From: Candidatus Zixiibacteriota bacterium
GTDB taxonomy: Bacteria > RBG-13-66-14 > B26-G2 > WVWN01
Reading direction: 5' to 3'
DNA: 64,000 nucleotides
Assembly: GCA_050117845.1 (NCBI GenBank)
Contig: JASFLY010000002.1
Location: 64,001 to 128,000 of the forward strand
Shown: positions 54,581 to 64,000 of the stretch, in pieces
Numbering within the stretch: the stretch's first letter is position 1
How the letters are laid out: each line of letters starts with the position of its first letter
The notes under the pieces: generated by a model
What the model saw: the letters and a program-made list of their open reading frames with translations, nothing else
Databases searched by the model: none
What the model was told of the DNA's origin: nothing
Program-made: the position numbers and the translations under genes

Positions 54581-56830
54581 TTACCACTCCAACCCGAGGC
54601 CGCCGTAAAAGAAGCGCCCCGGTTCGTTAACTATCGCCGGGTTCGCGCCCGAACCGCCTATCACGTCCCACTCGTACGAATTGGCCACGGCGTACTCGCG
54701 GTCCAGGAGGTTGTCGGCGCCGGCGTTCAGCTTGAACCATCTGAAGCGGTAGCCGAGCCGGGCGTTCAATACGTCCCACGCCGGCAAGCGCTGTTCGCCC
54801 ACGTACTCGTCCACGTCGTCGGCCGCGGCGGAGCGTACCCATTCCAGCGTCGCGAAAAGGCCGGCGTCGTCCTGGCCGAAGGGCGCCGGGTTATCGTAAC
54901 CCAGCGACACCCGGGTCTTGAGCGGGGCTATCTGGCCGAGGTCCCCGTCGGCGTTGTTGTCGGGATAGCCGTCCTTAACGCCGCGCTGGTACGCGGCGCC
55001 GACGTCACAGGAAATACCGGCCACCAGATCGACACCCGCGTTCACGTCGCCGCCGTAGATATGGGCGTCAATGTTGGTGTAGCTTCTATATCCGGCGGCG
55101 TTATTCTCCTGGTAAATGTAATCGGCGAGGTCGGCGTAGAATCCCTTGGACCCGAACGTCCACCGGCCCCGCTCGACCTTCAGCCCCGCGTCGCATTCCG
55201 TGTTCGACGCCGGCTCCAGCTCCGGGTTGCCGAAGAAGGCGGGGTTCCCCTGGATGTAGCGCTCCGTCGACTCCGGCGTCCGGTAGCTCCGGCCCACGCC
55301 GCCGAAGGCCGTAAGGCCGGCCGCCGGATAAAACTTCACGGATCCGTACCCGCCGACGAGGTGGTTCACCCGCCGGTTCGCGTCCGTAACGGTACTCGTG
55401 AACACGAGGTCCTCTTCCGCCTCCTGTTCGAAACGGTCGTACCGCACGCCCGCGCTTAAGGACCACTTTCTAATATCCTTATTTATTTTAAGGTACGCGC
55501 CGGCGTCCGTCGTCCGAACCGAAGGGATAAGGTAATCGTTCGCCAGAGCCCCCGTTAGGGTGTCGAAGACGTCACCCCGCCACGTCCGGCGGTACACGTC
55601 GACGCCGTAGGTAAAGGTCGCCCCGGCCGCGTCGGCCACGTTCCTTATGCCGCCGCCGTTGATGACCGACTCGACGTCGTTGTTCTTGGGCGCGGCCACT
55701 TCCCGCAGGCCCTGATACGGGTAATGTTCCACGGCGTTGCGGTAGGCCGAGAACGTCAGGTCGTCCGAAGCGCGGCCCAGGTCCGTTATATCCCAGCTGA
55801 ACTTGCTAAGGTGCGTTATCTCCTTCTCGGTATCGAAGACGACGCGGGGCGTTACTATATCGTTCGCCCGGCCGTAGGTATGCTCGAGCAGGAGCTTGTG
55901 CCGCTCGCCGGGCGTGAAGCTTATCTTGCTCCAGGCGTCGTGCTTGCGGAACGACCTCGCGTCCCGCCCCCGGGCGTTGTAGGGCGCGGCGAGGCCCTCG
56001 CGCGCTTCCCACAACGCGCGGCCGGCGCCGTCCCGGTACTGGCCGGCCTCGGAGAAATTGTAGCCGAGCAGGCCCTGCACCACGTCGCCGCCGCCGGTCG
56101 CCGCAAGGCCGCCGCTGTGGAAGTCGTAGCTCCCGGCCTTGGCGAGGAACTCCCCGTCGAAGCCGGCCCGGGGCTTCTTGGTGACGACGTCCACGTAGCC
56201 GCCGAGACAACCCGGCTTCGTAACGTCGAACGGCCCCTCCTCGACCACCATGCTCTGGACTGTTAACATGTTTATGTGAGACAGGGACGGGTCCTTGCGG
56301 CTGCCGCACGCGCCTTCCACCATGCCGCCGTCGAGCAGGACCCGCATATTCGCCTGGCCGAAGCCGCGGATCGATACCTCGTTGCCGTAGCCGCCCTTGC
56401 GGACGATTTGCACTTCAACCAGCTCGTCCGAAAGGATCTCGGCCAGATCGACTATTTTACGGGACTCGAGCGCCCGGCGCTCGATCCACCGTTTCTCCTC
56501 CGACTCCGCCGTGCTCATGATGAACAGCGGCTTCATTTCCCGGTACCTCCGCACCAGCAGTTCCGTTCCGTCTCCGGCCGCGATCAGCGTGCCTTCCACT
56601 TCGACGACCCGCTGGTTAAAATCCTCCAGTCCCGTGCAGTTCTCGGCCGGGATGAGTTTGTATACGGTATCGCGTTGGCACCGAAGCGTTATCGTCGGCG
56701 CGTCCGCCCCGTCCCGGGTAACGCTAATCACGCCCCGGACGGTGGTGAGTTCCCCGGCCGCGCCCACGGCGCCGGCCGACGCCGACGCCAACAGCGCCGT
56801 CGCCGCGAGCGCCATTCGCAAGCATCGCAT
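54581..56830 (-). CDS. TonB-dependent receptor, OprC/NosA-like, with extra N-terminal domain
   Basis: AGGAGG RBS before ATG 56830; plug [51 protein letters not shown]. Confidence 0.9.
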   Translation of the reverse strand: MRCLRMALAATALLASASAGAVGAAGELTTVRGVISVTRDGADAPTITLRCQRDTVYKLIPAENCTGLEDFNQRVVEVEGTLIAAGDGTELLVRRYREMKPLFIMSTAESEEKRWIERRALESRKIVDLAEILSDELVEVQIVRKGGYGNEVSIRGFGQANMRVLLDGGMVEGACGSRKDPSLSHINMLTVQSMVVEEGPFDVTKPGCLGGYVDVVTKKPRAGFDGEFLAKAGSYDFHSGGLAATGGGDVVQGLLGYNFSEAGQYRDGAGRALWEAREGLAAPYNARGRDARSFRKHDAWSKISFTPGERHKLLLEHTYGRANDIVTPRVVFDTEKEITHLSKFSWDITDLGRASDDLTFSAYRNAVEHYPYQGLREVAAPKNNDVESVINGGGIRNVADAAGATFTYGVDVYRRTWRGDVFDTLTGALANDYLIPSVRTTDAGAYLKINKDIRKWSLSAGVRYDRFEQEAEEDLVFTSTVTDANRRVNHLVGGYGSVKFYPAAGLTAFGGVGRSYRTPESTERYIQGNPAFFGNPELEPASNTECDAGLKVERGRWTFGSKGFYADLADYIYQENNAAGYRSYTNIDAHIYGGDVNAGVDLVAGISCDVGAAYQRGVKDGYPDNNADGDLGQIAPLKTRVSLGYDNPAPFGQDDAGLFATLEWVRSAAADDVDEYVGEQRLPAWDVLNARLGYRFRWFKLNAGADNLLDREYAVANSYEWDVIGGSGANPAIVNEPGRFFYGGLGLEW

Positions 56831-56920
56831 TGCTTTCCTCCTGTATCCTGGAAGCGTTGAATTGGGCCGCGGCGGCGTTTCCTCCGGTAATACGGAGAAC
56901 GTCAACGCCGTCCGGCGGCT

Positions 56921-57337
56921 TTAACCTGGTAAAGGACGACCAAGATAGGAGGAGGGTGGAGCGCGGGGATAACCGTCTGTCGCTAGAAATGTTTGCGGAG
57001 AGAAGCTATCCGTAGAGGTTACGGATAGAGTTATTATACGCAGGCCGAAAGGGACGTCGGCCTGAGTCAGTTGGTCACACTGGGCGAATTGGGCGAAGGC
57101 CCGGCAAATGGGGCAGGTGGCCGGGTCGTGCTCGTGAGCCGGCCCGCGGCCGTGTGGGTGGGGGTCGGCCGCCTCGCCCGCGCCGACCGAACACGGACAG
57201 GCCGCGCCCTCTATAGAGCCGCGGCCGAAGCCGTGCTCGCCACCCTCCCGGGCGAAGTGGCAAACGTACAGAACGGGGAGGAGCGCGATAGCCAGCGCCG
57301 CCCATAACGGGAGAACTCGTTTTAAATACGTACGCAC
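56921..57337 (-). CDS. DUF2946/CruR-like leader protein (TM, His-rich CxxC, RAPP)
   Basis: Hydrophobic N-terminus, HPHGRGPAHEHDPATCPIC, C-terminal YPRAPPS; directly upstream of the TonB receptor; start placed at GTG 57337. Confidence 0.8.
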   Translation of the reverse strand: MRTYLKRVLPLWAALAIALLPVLYVCHFAREGGEHGFGRGSIEGAACPCSVGAGEAADPHPHGRGPAHEHDPATCPICRAFAQFAQCDQLTQADVPFGLRIITLSVTSTDSFSPQTFLATDGYPRAPPSSYLGRPLPG

Positions 57338-57504
57338 GAGGCCGGGCGATTCTACGTCGGCCTTCACGCGGCTGTCAAGACAAAACGGCCCGGACGCGAA
57401 GTAGGGGCGTAATACGTTAAGCCCGCGCGGGCGCAAATCCTAACGCCCCTCCGCCCCCGCCTTTTCTTTTGCCTTGAACCCCCCGCCTATGTTAACTTAA
57501 CGCC

Positions 57505-59001
57505 GTGCGGGTGGCGCTGGTATACCCCGATTACGCCCCCTCCAAGACGCTGGCGGCGCCGGCGTCGTACGGCTTTTACGCCGAGGGGATATCCTCCGTG
57601 GCCGCGGTCCTTCAGGACGCAGGCCACGACGTATCGTTGATTCACCTCATAGGCCGGCCCGAACGGGACGAGTTCGAGGCCCGCGTGCGCGAGGCCGCCC
57701 CCGACGTCGTCGGCTTCTCCTCCCGCACGACCATATGGCCCGAAGTGAGGCGGCTGGCCGGCATCGTCCGGGAGGTCTCGGACGCCCCGGTCGTCGCCGG
57801 CGGCGTCCACGTCACGCTGGACCCGGAAGAGGTCGCGGCCTCGCCCGAGGTCGACGTCGCCGTCATCGGCGAGGGCGAATACCCGCTGCTGGAGATGTGC
57901 GAGGCCCTGGAGGCCGGCCGCGATTACCGCGACGTCGACAACCTCTGGGTGCGCGAGAACGGCGGCGTCCGGCGAAACGCCACCCGGCCCCTTCTCGCCG
58001 ACCTCGACGAACTCCCCCTCCCCGCCTACGACATCTACGACCGCGAGATCCTCTACGACGTCGCCATCGACACCGGGCCGGTCATGCTCTCGCGCGGCTG
58101 CCCCTACATGTGCACCTACTGCTGCAACCACCAGCTCAAACAGGCCTATCCCAACCGCAAGCACTACGCGCGCTTCCGCTCGCCCCGGCGCTCCATCGAG
58201 TACATCGAGAACCTCCGGGCCACGTTTCCCAATATTAAATATCTGAACATCACCGACAACATCCTCCCGCTCGAGCGCGAGTGGTTCTTCGAGTTCATAG
58301 AGCTGTATAAGGAGCGCGTAAAACTCCCGTTCGTCTGCCGCTACCGCCACAACCTGGTGACCCGCGACGTGCTGGAGGCGCTGGTGGAGGCGGGCTGCTA
58401 TCTCGTGCACTTCGGCCTCGAGTCCGGCAACGACGAGATTCGCCGGACCATCATCAATCGCCAAATGAGCGACGCCCAGATAGAGGAAGCGCACCGCCTC
58501 TGCCGCGAGGTCGGCCTGCCCACGCTCACGTATAACATGGTCGGCCTGCCCCACGAAAACAAGGCCAAGTTCCTGGACACGGTGAAGATTAACGCCCGCG
58601 TCCGCCCCAACCGCATCGTCCTCTCCGTCTTCTACCCCTACCCCCACACCGTCCTCCACGACCTCTGCGAACGCGAGGAACTGCTGGCCCCGGAGTTCGA
58701 CTACGAGAGCGAATCGTACCTGGTGCAGGAGGGCTTCCCGGTGTCCCACGTCCGCTTCTGCCAGGCGTACTTCGTCCCCGCGATCCGGTATTACCAGATC
58801 CTCTCGCGGCTCGGGGCGGTAGGCCGGCTCCTCGCTCGGGTCAGCGACGCGTTCTACAAATCACCCCTCCTGCCCCACCGCCTGCTGGTAGCGTTGGCCC
58901 GGGCCGGCAGGGCCGTATTCGACGGGACCAAACTCTTCATCCGGCGACGCCTGCCGGGCCTTTACGTCAAACTCCGCGACTGGAGGGTACGCCGGGCTTA
59001 G
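57505..59001 (+). CDS. B12-binding radical SAM protein
   Basis: PDVVGFS, GGVHVT, GEGE; SRGCPYMCTYC; FGLESG; MVGLPHE. Confidence 0.92.
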   Translation: MRVALVYPDYAPSKTLAAPASYGFYAEGISSVAAVLQDAGHDVSLIHLIGRPERDEFEARVREAAPDVVGFSSRTTIWPEVRRLAGIVREVSDAPVVAGGVHVTLDPEEVAASPEVDVAVIGEGEYPLLEMCEALEAGRDYRDVDNLWVRENGGVRRNATRPLLADLDELPLPAYDIYDREILYDVAIDTGPVMLSRGCPYMCTYCCNHQLKQAYPNRKHYARFRSPRRSIEYIENLRATFPNIKYLNITDNILPLEREWFFEFIELYKERVKLPFVCRYRHNLVTRDVLEALVEAGCYLVHFGLESGNDEIRRTIINRQMSDAQIEEAHRLCREVGLPTLTYNMVGLPHENKAKFLDTVKINARVRPNRIVLSVFYPYPHTVLHDLCEREELLAPEFDYESESYLVQEGFPVSHVRFCQAYFVPAIRYYQILSRLGAVGRLLARVSDAFYKSPLLPHRLLVALARAGRAVFDGTKLFIRRRLPGLYVKLRDWRVRRA

Positions 59002-59016
59002 GCCGGCGGTGTAACC

Positions 59017-59427
59017 ATGGGAGGCAACTCGCTACTCATCTATCGGCGCTGGCTCCTGCAGGGGAACCGCGACCTGAAGGCGGCCGAGGTCCTGCACAAA
59101 ATCGGCGCGCACGAATGGGCGGCGTTCCTGGCGAAGCAAGCCGCCGAGAGAGTCCTCAAGGCTTACCTCTACTACAACGGCGAGGACGCCGTGGTGGACC
59201 ACTCCATCCGGTCGCTCCTCCATAAATGCAACCCCTACTCGCCGGCGTTCGAGGAAATCCACGACGTCGGCAAGATGGACCAGTTTTACGCCGGCCCGCG
59301 CTTCCCGGACAGCTTCGACGAGGCCGTGCCGGCCGACGCCGTCACGCCCGACCAGGCGGCGATGGCGGTCGAACTCGCCCGCAAGGCCGTGGCTCTCGTG
59401 GACTCCTTACCCGTTGGGAATGACTGA
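59017..59427 (+). CDS. HEPN-domain protein
   Basis: WLLQG.RDLKAA, AAFLAKQAAERVLKA, HSI..L, Y..PRFPD. Confidence 0.85.
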   Translation: MGGNSLLIYRRWLLQGNRDLKAAEVLHKIGAHEWAAFLAKQAAERVLKAYLYYNGEDAVVDHSIRSLLHKCNPYSPAFEEIHDVGKMDQFYAGPRFPDSFDEAVPADAVTPDQAAMAVELARKAVALVDSLPVGND

Positions 59428-59430
59428 ATA

Positions 59431-60435
59431 ATGCCCGGGGGGAAGCACCCCGCCTCGATAAAAGTCGGGCCGGTCGAAATACCGGGCCGGGCGGCCCTGG
59501 CGCCGCTCGCCGGCTATACCGAATACCCGTACCGGGCCGTGGTCGCGGCCTTCGGCTGCCCGTACGCCGTGACGCCGCTTATATCGGCGGAAGGTTTGGT
59601 ACGGGGAAACGTTAACACCCGGCGGCTTCTAATAAGCGGCAAAGGCGACGTCCCCGTCGTCGCGGGCCAGATATTCGGGTCGCGGCCGGCCGCGATGGCC
59701 GAGGCCGCGAAGGTCGTGGCCGACGCCGGTTTCCCGCTAGTGGACATCAACCTCGGCTGCCCGGTGCCCAAGGTACGCAAGCAACTCGCCGGCGCGGCCC
59801 TGCCCGGCGATCCGGCGGCATTGCTTCGCGTCGTCCGGGCCGTGGTGGCCGCGTCCCCCGTTCCCGTCACGGCGAAGATACGGCTGGGGCGCGACGGCGA
59901 GGCCGACGAGCCCCTCGCGACGGCGAAACTGCTGCACGAGGAAGGCGTGGCGGCCCTGACGGTGCACGGCCGGACCGTCGAGCAGAGGTTCTCGGGGCCG
60001 GTCAACGTACCTGTCTTGCACGACATAGTGGCCGCGCTGACGGTGCCGGTCTGGGTCAACGGCGGCGTCGAAACCGTCGAAGAGGCGGCCGACCTGTTGG
60101 ACGCGACCGGCGCGGCCGGCGTCATGGTGGGCCGGGCCGCCGTCCGCAAGCCGTACCTCATAGGCCACATCGAGGCGTACCTGGCGGAAGGTCGGGCCCC
60201 CGCGGAACCCGGGCCGGCCGAACTGGCCGAGGCGATACTCGACCATTTCGACCGGGCGGAAACGCTCGACGGAGAGGAACGCGTCGCCCGGCAATTCCGT
60301 AAACATCTGTTAGCGTATTTGAAACCCTATCCGGAAACGCGGGCCCTCCGGGCCCGGGCGTCGCACGTCGAGAGCCGCGATGACGTCGTCGCCGTCCTGG
60401 AAGATTTCGTCGCGGCGTCCACCGATGGAACGTAA
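59431..60435 (+). CDS. dus: tRNA-dihydrouridine synthase (DusB-like)
   Basis: LAPLAG, QIFGS, DINLGCP, PVTAKIRLG, VHGRT, NGGV, GVMVGRAA. Confidence 0.92.
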   Translation: MPGGKHPASIKVGPVEIPGRAALAPLAGYTEYPYRAVVAAFGCPYAVTPLISAEGLVRGNVNTRRLLISGKGDVPVVAGQIFGSRPAAMAEAAKVVADAGFPLVDINLGCPVPKVRKQLAGAALPGDPAALLRVVRAVVAASPVPVTAKIRLGRDGEADEPLATAKLLHEEGVAALTVHGRTVEQRFSGPVNVPVLHDIVAALTVPVWVNGGVETVEEAADLLDATGAAGVMVGRAAVRKPYLIGHIEAYLAEGRAPAEPGPAELAEAILDHFDRAETLDGEERVARQFRKHLLAYLKPYPETRALRARASHVESRDDVVAVLEDFVAASTDGT

Positions 60436-61186
60436 AAAAATAGAAGAACTGTTGCGCGCCGTCGCGGCCGGGGAGATGGACGTAGACGAGGCGCTTACGC
60501 GGCTGCGCCACCTCCCGTTCGAGGACCTCGGCTTCGCCCGCATAGATACCCACCGTGCCCTCCGAACCGGCTTCCCGGAGGTCATCTTCGCCGCCGGAAA
60601 AACGCCGTCCCAGGTGGCGGCCATCGCGAGCCGCATCGCCGAGACCGGCGCCCCGGTCCTCGCCACCCGCGCCGGGCCGGAGGTTTTCGAGGCCGTACAG
60701 CGGGAATGCCCCGCCGCCCACTACCACCCCGAGGCGCGGGCGATAGTGGTGCCGGCCGCGGAGGCCGAACCGCCGCGGGGCCTCGTCCTCGTTCTCTCCG
60801 CCGGCACGGCGGACATGCCCGTGGCCGAGGAGGCCGCGGTCACCGCCGAGGCGATAGGGTGCAAGGTCGAACGGGTGTACGACGTCGGCGTCGCCGGCCT
60901 GCACCGCCTCCTCGACAACCTGGAAGCCATCCATAAGGCCGACGCGATCGTCGTCGTCGCGGGAATGGAGGGGGCGCTCGCGAGCGTCGTCGCCGGCCTG
61001 GGCGGCGGCCCCGTCGTCGCGGTCCCGACGAGCGTCGGCTACGGCGCGAGTTTTAAGGGTGTCGCGCCGCTCCTAACGATGTTAAACTCCTGTGCCGGAG
61101 GAGTGGTCGTGGTCAACATCGACAACGGCTTCGGCGCGGGGTACGCGGCGGCCTTAATCGCCCGAAAGATAAACCCGGGTAAATGA
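60425..61186 (+). CDS. larB: Nickel-pincer cofactor biosynthesis protein LarB
   Basis: ARIDTHRALRTGFPEV, AGTADMPVAEEA, DVGVAGLHRL, AGMEGAL, PTSVGYG, VVNIDNGFGA; start ATG 60425. Confidence 0.95.
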   Translation: MERKKIEELLRAVAAGEMDVDEALTRLRHLPFEDLGFARIDTHRALRTGFPEVIFAAGKTPSQVAAIASRIAETGAPVLATRAGPEVFEAVQRECPAAHYHPEARAIVVPAAEAEPPRGLVLVLSAGTADMPVAEEAAVTAEAIGCKVERVYDVGVAGLHRLLDNLEAIHKADAIVVVAGMEGALASVVAGLGGGPVVAVPTSVGYGASFKGVAPLLTMLNSCAGGVVVVNIDNGFGAGYAAALIARKINPGK

Positions 61187-62451
61187 AAACTCTTTTCATA
61201 GACGGCAACGCGGGCGCGAGCGGCGACATGCTCCTCGGCGCCCTGCTCGACCTTACCGGCGGCCGGAAGTGGCTCGAGGAGAGCCTGGGGCGCTTGAAAC
61301 TCCCCGGCGTGCGGCTGGTCTACCCGCCGCGGCGCCGCGGCGGCGTCGAGGCCATCGGCCTGGAGGTCGTCGTCTCGCAGACGGCCCCCCATTTCGACGA
61401 CGTCGGCGACGTCGAGGTCCTCCTGGCGGGCGCGGAACTCCCGAGCAACGTGAAGGAGAAGGCCGCGGAGGCCTTCCGCCACCTGGCGGAAGCGGAACAG
61501 CGGGCCCATCGCGTCGCCTTCGGCCACGCCGGCTTCCACGAGGTGGGCGCCGCGGACGCCATCGTCGACATCGTCGGCACCTGCATCCTGCTTGACCTGG
61601 CGAACGCCGACCGCGTCGTCGTGTCGCCGTTGCGCCTGGGTTCCGGCTACGTGGACGCGGCCCACGGCCGCCTGCCGGTCCCGGCTCCGGCCACGGCCGA
61701 ACTCCTGCGGGGAGTCCCCACGTTCAGCGGCGACGTTCCCGGCGAGTTCACGACCCCCACCGGCGCCGCCCTCATCGTCACGCTCGCGGACGAATACGGT
61801 CCCATGCCCACGATGACCGTCACCGGCGTCGGCTACGGCCCGGGCGTCGCCAACCCGCCCCACTTCCCGAACGTCCTACGAGCCGTGCTCGGCGAAAGCC
61901 CGCGGCGGGAAGTGCCGCGCTCGGAGAGCCACGTCACCGTAATAGAGGCCAACGTGGACGACATGACGCCGGAGGAACTCTCCTACGCCGTGCAAGCCCT
62001 GCTCGACGCCGGGGCCCTCGACGTGGTCGTTTTATCGGCGCTTATGAAAAAGGGGCGGCCCGGCCACATCCTGAAAATCATCGCGCGGCCGGAGGCGGGT
62101 GACCGCCTGGGCGACCTCGTCCTGCGTTACACGACGACGCTGGGCGTCCGCTTCTACGAGGCTCGGCGGAAGGCGCTGGAGCGCCGCATCGTAACGGCCG
62201 TCTGCCAATACGGCACCGGCAAGGTGAAGCTTTCTTACGGCGCGAACGGCACGCCCCACGCCCACGCCGAATACGACACCGCGGCCGAACTCGCCGCCCG
62301 GGCCGGCGTCCCCGTTCGGGAGGTATCCCGGGCGCTGGAGGACGCGGCCCTTGCCCCGCTGAAAGCAGAGGGCGAGGAAACGGGGAAAAGCGCCGGAGCT
62401 GAAACGAAAGATAGACAGACGGAGGAACCGCCGCGCGGGGATTACGACTAA
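61183..62451 (+). CDS. larC: Nickel-pincer cofactor nickel insertase LarC
   Basis: GASGDMLLGAL, FHEVGAADAIVD, HGRLPVPAPAT, TPTGAA, EANVDD, MKKGRPG, TTTLGVR. Confidence 0.95.
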   Translation: MKTLFIDGNAGASGDMLLGALLDLTGGRKWLEESLGRLKLPGVRLVYPPRRRGGVEAIGLEVVVSQTAPHFDDVGDVEVLLAGAELPSNVKEKAAEAFRHLAEAEQRAHRVAFGHAGFHEVGAADAIVDIVGTCILLDLANADRVVVSPLRLGSGYVDAAHGRLPVPAPATAELLRGVPTFSGDVPGEFTTPTGAALIVTLADEYGPMPTMTVTGVGYGPGVANPPHFPNVLRAVLGESPRREVPRSESHVTVIEANVDDMTPEELSYAVQALLDAGALDVVVLSALMKKGRPGHILKIIARPEAGDRLGDLVLRYTTTLGVRFYEARRKALERRIVTAVCQYGTGKVKLSYGANGTPHAHAEYDTAAELAARAGVPVREVSRALEDAALAPLKAEGEETGKSAGAETKDRQTEEPPRGDYD

Positions 62452-62481
62452 CCCCGCGGCTACGCGGCCGGACGGCCAGCG

Positions 62482-63279
62482 ATGGACCTCGGGATCATTA
62501 AGAGAGTGATTATCCTCTCGGCCGCGGCGGCAGTCGCGGCCGCGCCCGCATTAGGAGGCGACTTGAAGATAACCGTCGTCTACGACAACAACGAGTGCGA
62601 CGAGCGCCTCGAAACGGCCTGGGGTTTCGCCTGCGTCGTGGAGGGCTTCGAGAAACGCATCCTCTTCGATACGGGGGGCGACGGCGACGTCCTGCTGGCG
62701 AACATGAGGGCCCTCGGCTACGACGCCGGGGACTTGGACGCGATATTCCTATCCCACGATCACTACGACCACGTCGGCGGCCTGGCGCGCGTGCTGGAAG
62801 CGAACGCCGACCTGACCGTCTTTATGCCGGCCTCTTTCCCGGCGGATTTTAAGGAAGACGTTAAGGGGACGGGCGCGGCCGTGGTCGAGGTCACGGCCGG
62901 CCGCAGTATCTGCCCCGGCGTATACTCCACCGGCGAGATGGGGACGTCCATCGTCGAGCAGGCGCTGGTCGCCCGGACGCCGCGGGGTCTGGTGGTGATA
63001 ACGGGGTGCGCTCACCCCGGCATCGTGGACGTCGTCGCGCGCGTCCGGGAAGCTTCCGGCGATGACGTGCACCTGGTGATGGGCGGGTTCCACTTGCGCG
63101 ACGCGGCCGACGCGGCGCTGCGAAGCGTCGCGGCCTCGTTCCGTGAGATGGGGGTCCGTCACATCGGGCCGTGCCACTGCTCGGGCGACCGGGCCCGGGA
63201 AGTCTTCGCCCGGGAATTCGGCGCGCGCTACGTCGAGGTCGGCGCCGGAACGATGCTCGTGCCGGCCGATCTGGAATGA
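62482..63279 (+). CDS. MBL-fold metallo-hydrolase with signal-like N-terminus
   Basis: VVYDN, WGFAC, LFDTG, SHDHYDHVGG, TGCAHPG, GGFHL, PCHCSG. Confidence 0.9.
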   Translation: MDLGIIKRVIILSAAAAVAAAPALGGDLKITVVYDNNECDERLETAWGFACVVEGFEKRILFDTGGDGDVLLANMRALGYDAGDLDAIFLSHDHYDHVGGLARVLEANADLTVFMPASFPADFKEDVKGTGAAVVEVTAGRSICPGVYSTGEMGTSIVEQALVARTPRGLVVITGCAHPGIVDVVARVREASGDDVHLVMGGFHLRDAADAALRSVAASFREMGVRHIGPCHCSGDRAREVFAREFGARYVEVGAGTMLVPADLE

Positions 63280-63307
63280 TACCGACCGCTATCGGCGGAC
63301 AAACATA

Positions 63308-63336
63308 AAGCCGGGCTTTCGCCCGGCCTTAATTTT
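63308..63336. terminator. Hairpin terminator between convergent genes
   Basis: GCCGGGC-TTTC-GCCCGGC flanked by A- and T-rich sequence. Confidence 0.65.
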
Positions 63337-63369
63337 ACTCTTTCCCGCGCGGCCGACCAGGGCCGGAGG

Positions 63370-64000
63370 CTACGTCCCCAGCGATTCCCGCAGGTTCGGG
63401 AAAACCTGGGCCTTTTCGTTTGCGACCCGGCCTTCCAGCCGCAACTCCTCGTCGTCGGCCGTCCCGGCCTTCCCGTCCGCGCCGACGGCGACGAGAACGT
63501 GTTCCCCCTCGCGGGCCCGGTACGACAGCGGCCTCCCGGCCACGTCCACCGCCACGCCGTCGACGAGGTACGCATCCCCCAGGTAGGGGCCGAACCACTC
63601 CGCGCCGTCCTCGGGTTCCTCCACCAGGGCCCGTAGGCCCTCCTCCTGCGTCGGGTAGCGGCCCATGTCATCCTTGAAGTCGTCCGCGGCGTCCGCCACT
63701 TCGGCCAGCCGCGCCCGCGTCAGCTCCTCCTGATAGTACGTCGCCGCCCACTCCGCCGCCGGCCGCAAGAGGACCATGGCGCCCCACGACCCGCCGATGA
63801 CCACGGCCAGGATTACGAGCAGCGCCGGCCGCCAGCGGCCGGTCTTGCGGAGGACTTGCCGGACCTCGGCCTCCGGCCCCGGAACGTGCTCCGGGCAATA
63901 GAACTTGCCGTCCGAGGGCCGGGCGCATTCCGCGCACAGCGGTTCGGCACACTGGACGCACCGGGCGACGGCCGGGCGGTCCGGATGCCGGCTACACTTC
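63370..64000 (-). CDS. B-box zinc finger / TM / type II secretion GspG-like domain protein (start just off right edge)
   Basis: Frame open to the edge: KCSRHPDRPAVARCVQCAEPLCAEC...YCPEH, TM helix, then DMGRYPTQEEGLRALV..W.GPYL..D..GRP..Y..GADGKAGTADD. Confidence 0.82.
   Translation of the reverse strand, partial: KCSRHPDRPAVARCVQCAEPLCAECARPSDGKFYCPEHVPGPEAEVRQVLRKTGRWRPALLVILAVVIGGSWGAMVLLRPAAEWAATYYQEELTRARLAEVADAADDFKDDMGRYPTQEEGLRALVEEPEDGAEWFGPYLGDAYLVDGVAVDVAGRPLSYRAREGEHVLVAVGADGKAGTADDEELRLEGRVANEKAQVFPNLRESLGT

Overview
High-GC bacterial chromosomal window from a diderm, probably anaerobic organism (Omp85 barrel, TonB-dependent receptor, MlaF/MlaD, [FeFe]-hydrogenase-like Fe-S cluster). 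Most of it is housekeeping. It includes a UDP-GlcNAc operon (XRE-ATPase-TPR regulator, glmS, yvcK/glmR, GlmU-like acetyltransferase, phosphohexomutase, HAD) divergent from murE-mlaF-mlaD-pnp, plus tRNA-Val(CAC), tatC-folC-dut, two clusters of exported TPR proteins, mnmA-larE, guaA, folE2, dus-larB-larC and a B-box/GspG-like fusion at the right edge. The most unusual region is 47.2-51.1 kb. There, tandem exported proteins all end in the same 14-aa tail, V-x-P-[AT]-S-[LM]-G-R-V-[KR]-A-L-F-[RK]-stop, a candidate unrecognised C-terminal sorting signal. The array includes an 'empty' 42-aa ORF (signal peptide fused directly to the tail) and an out-of-frame relic of the tail at the end of a GNAT gene, and it is preceded by a 4 x 57-bp tandem repeat. 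Also notable are a CxxC/RAPP (DUF2946/CruR-like) leader ORF upstream of an OprC-like receptor and several genes whose conserved N-termini lack a canonical start codon. All calls come from reading motifs by eye; no database searches were run.
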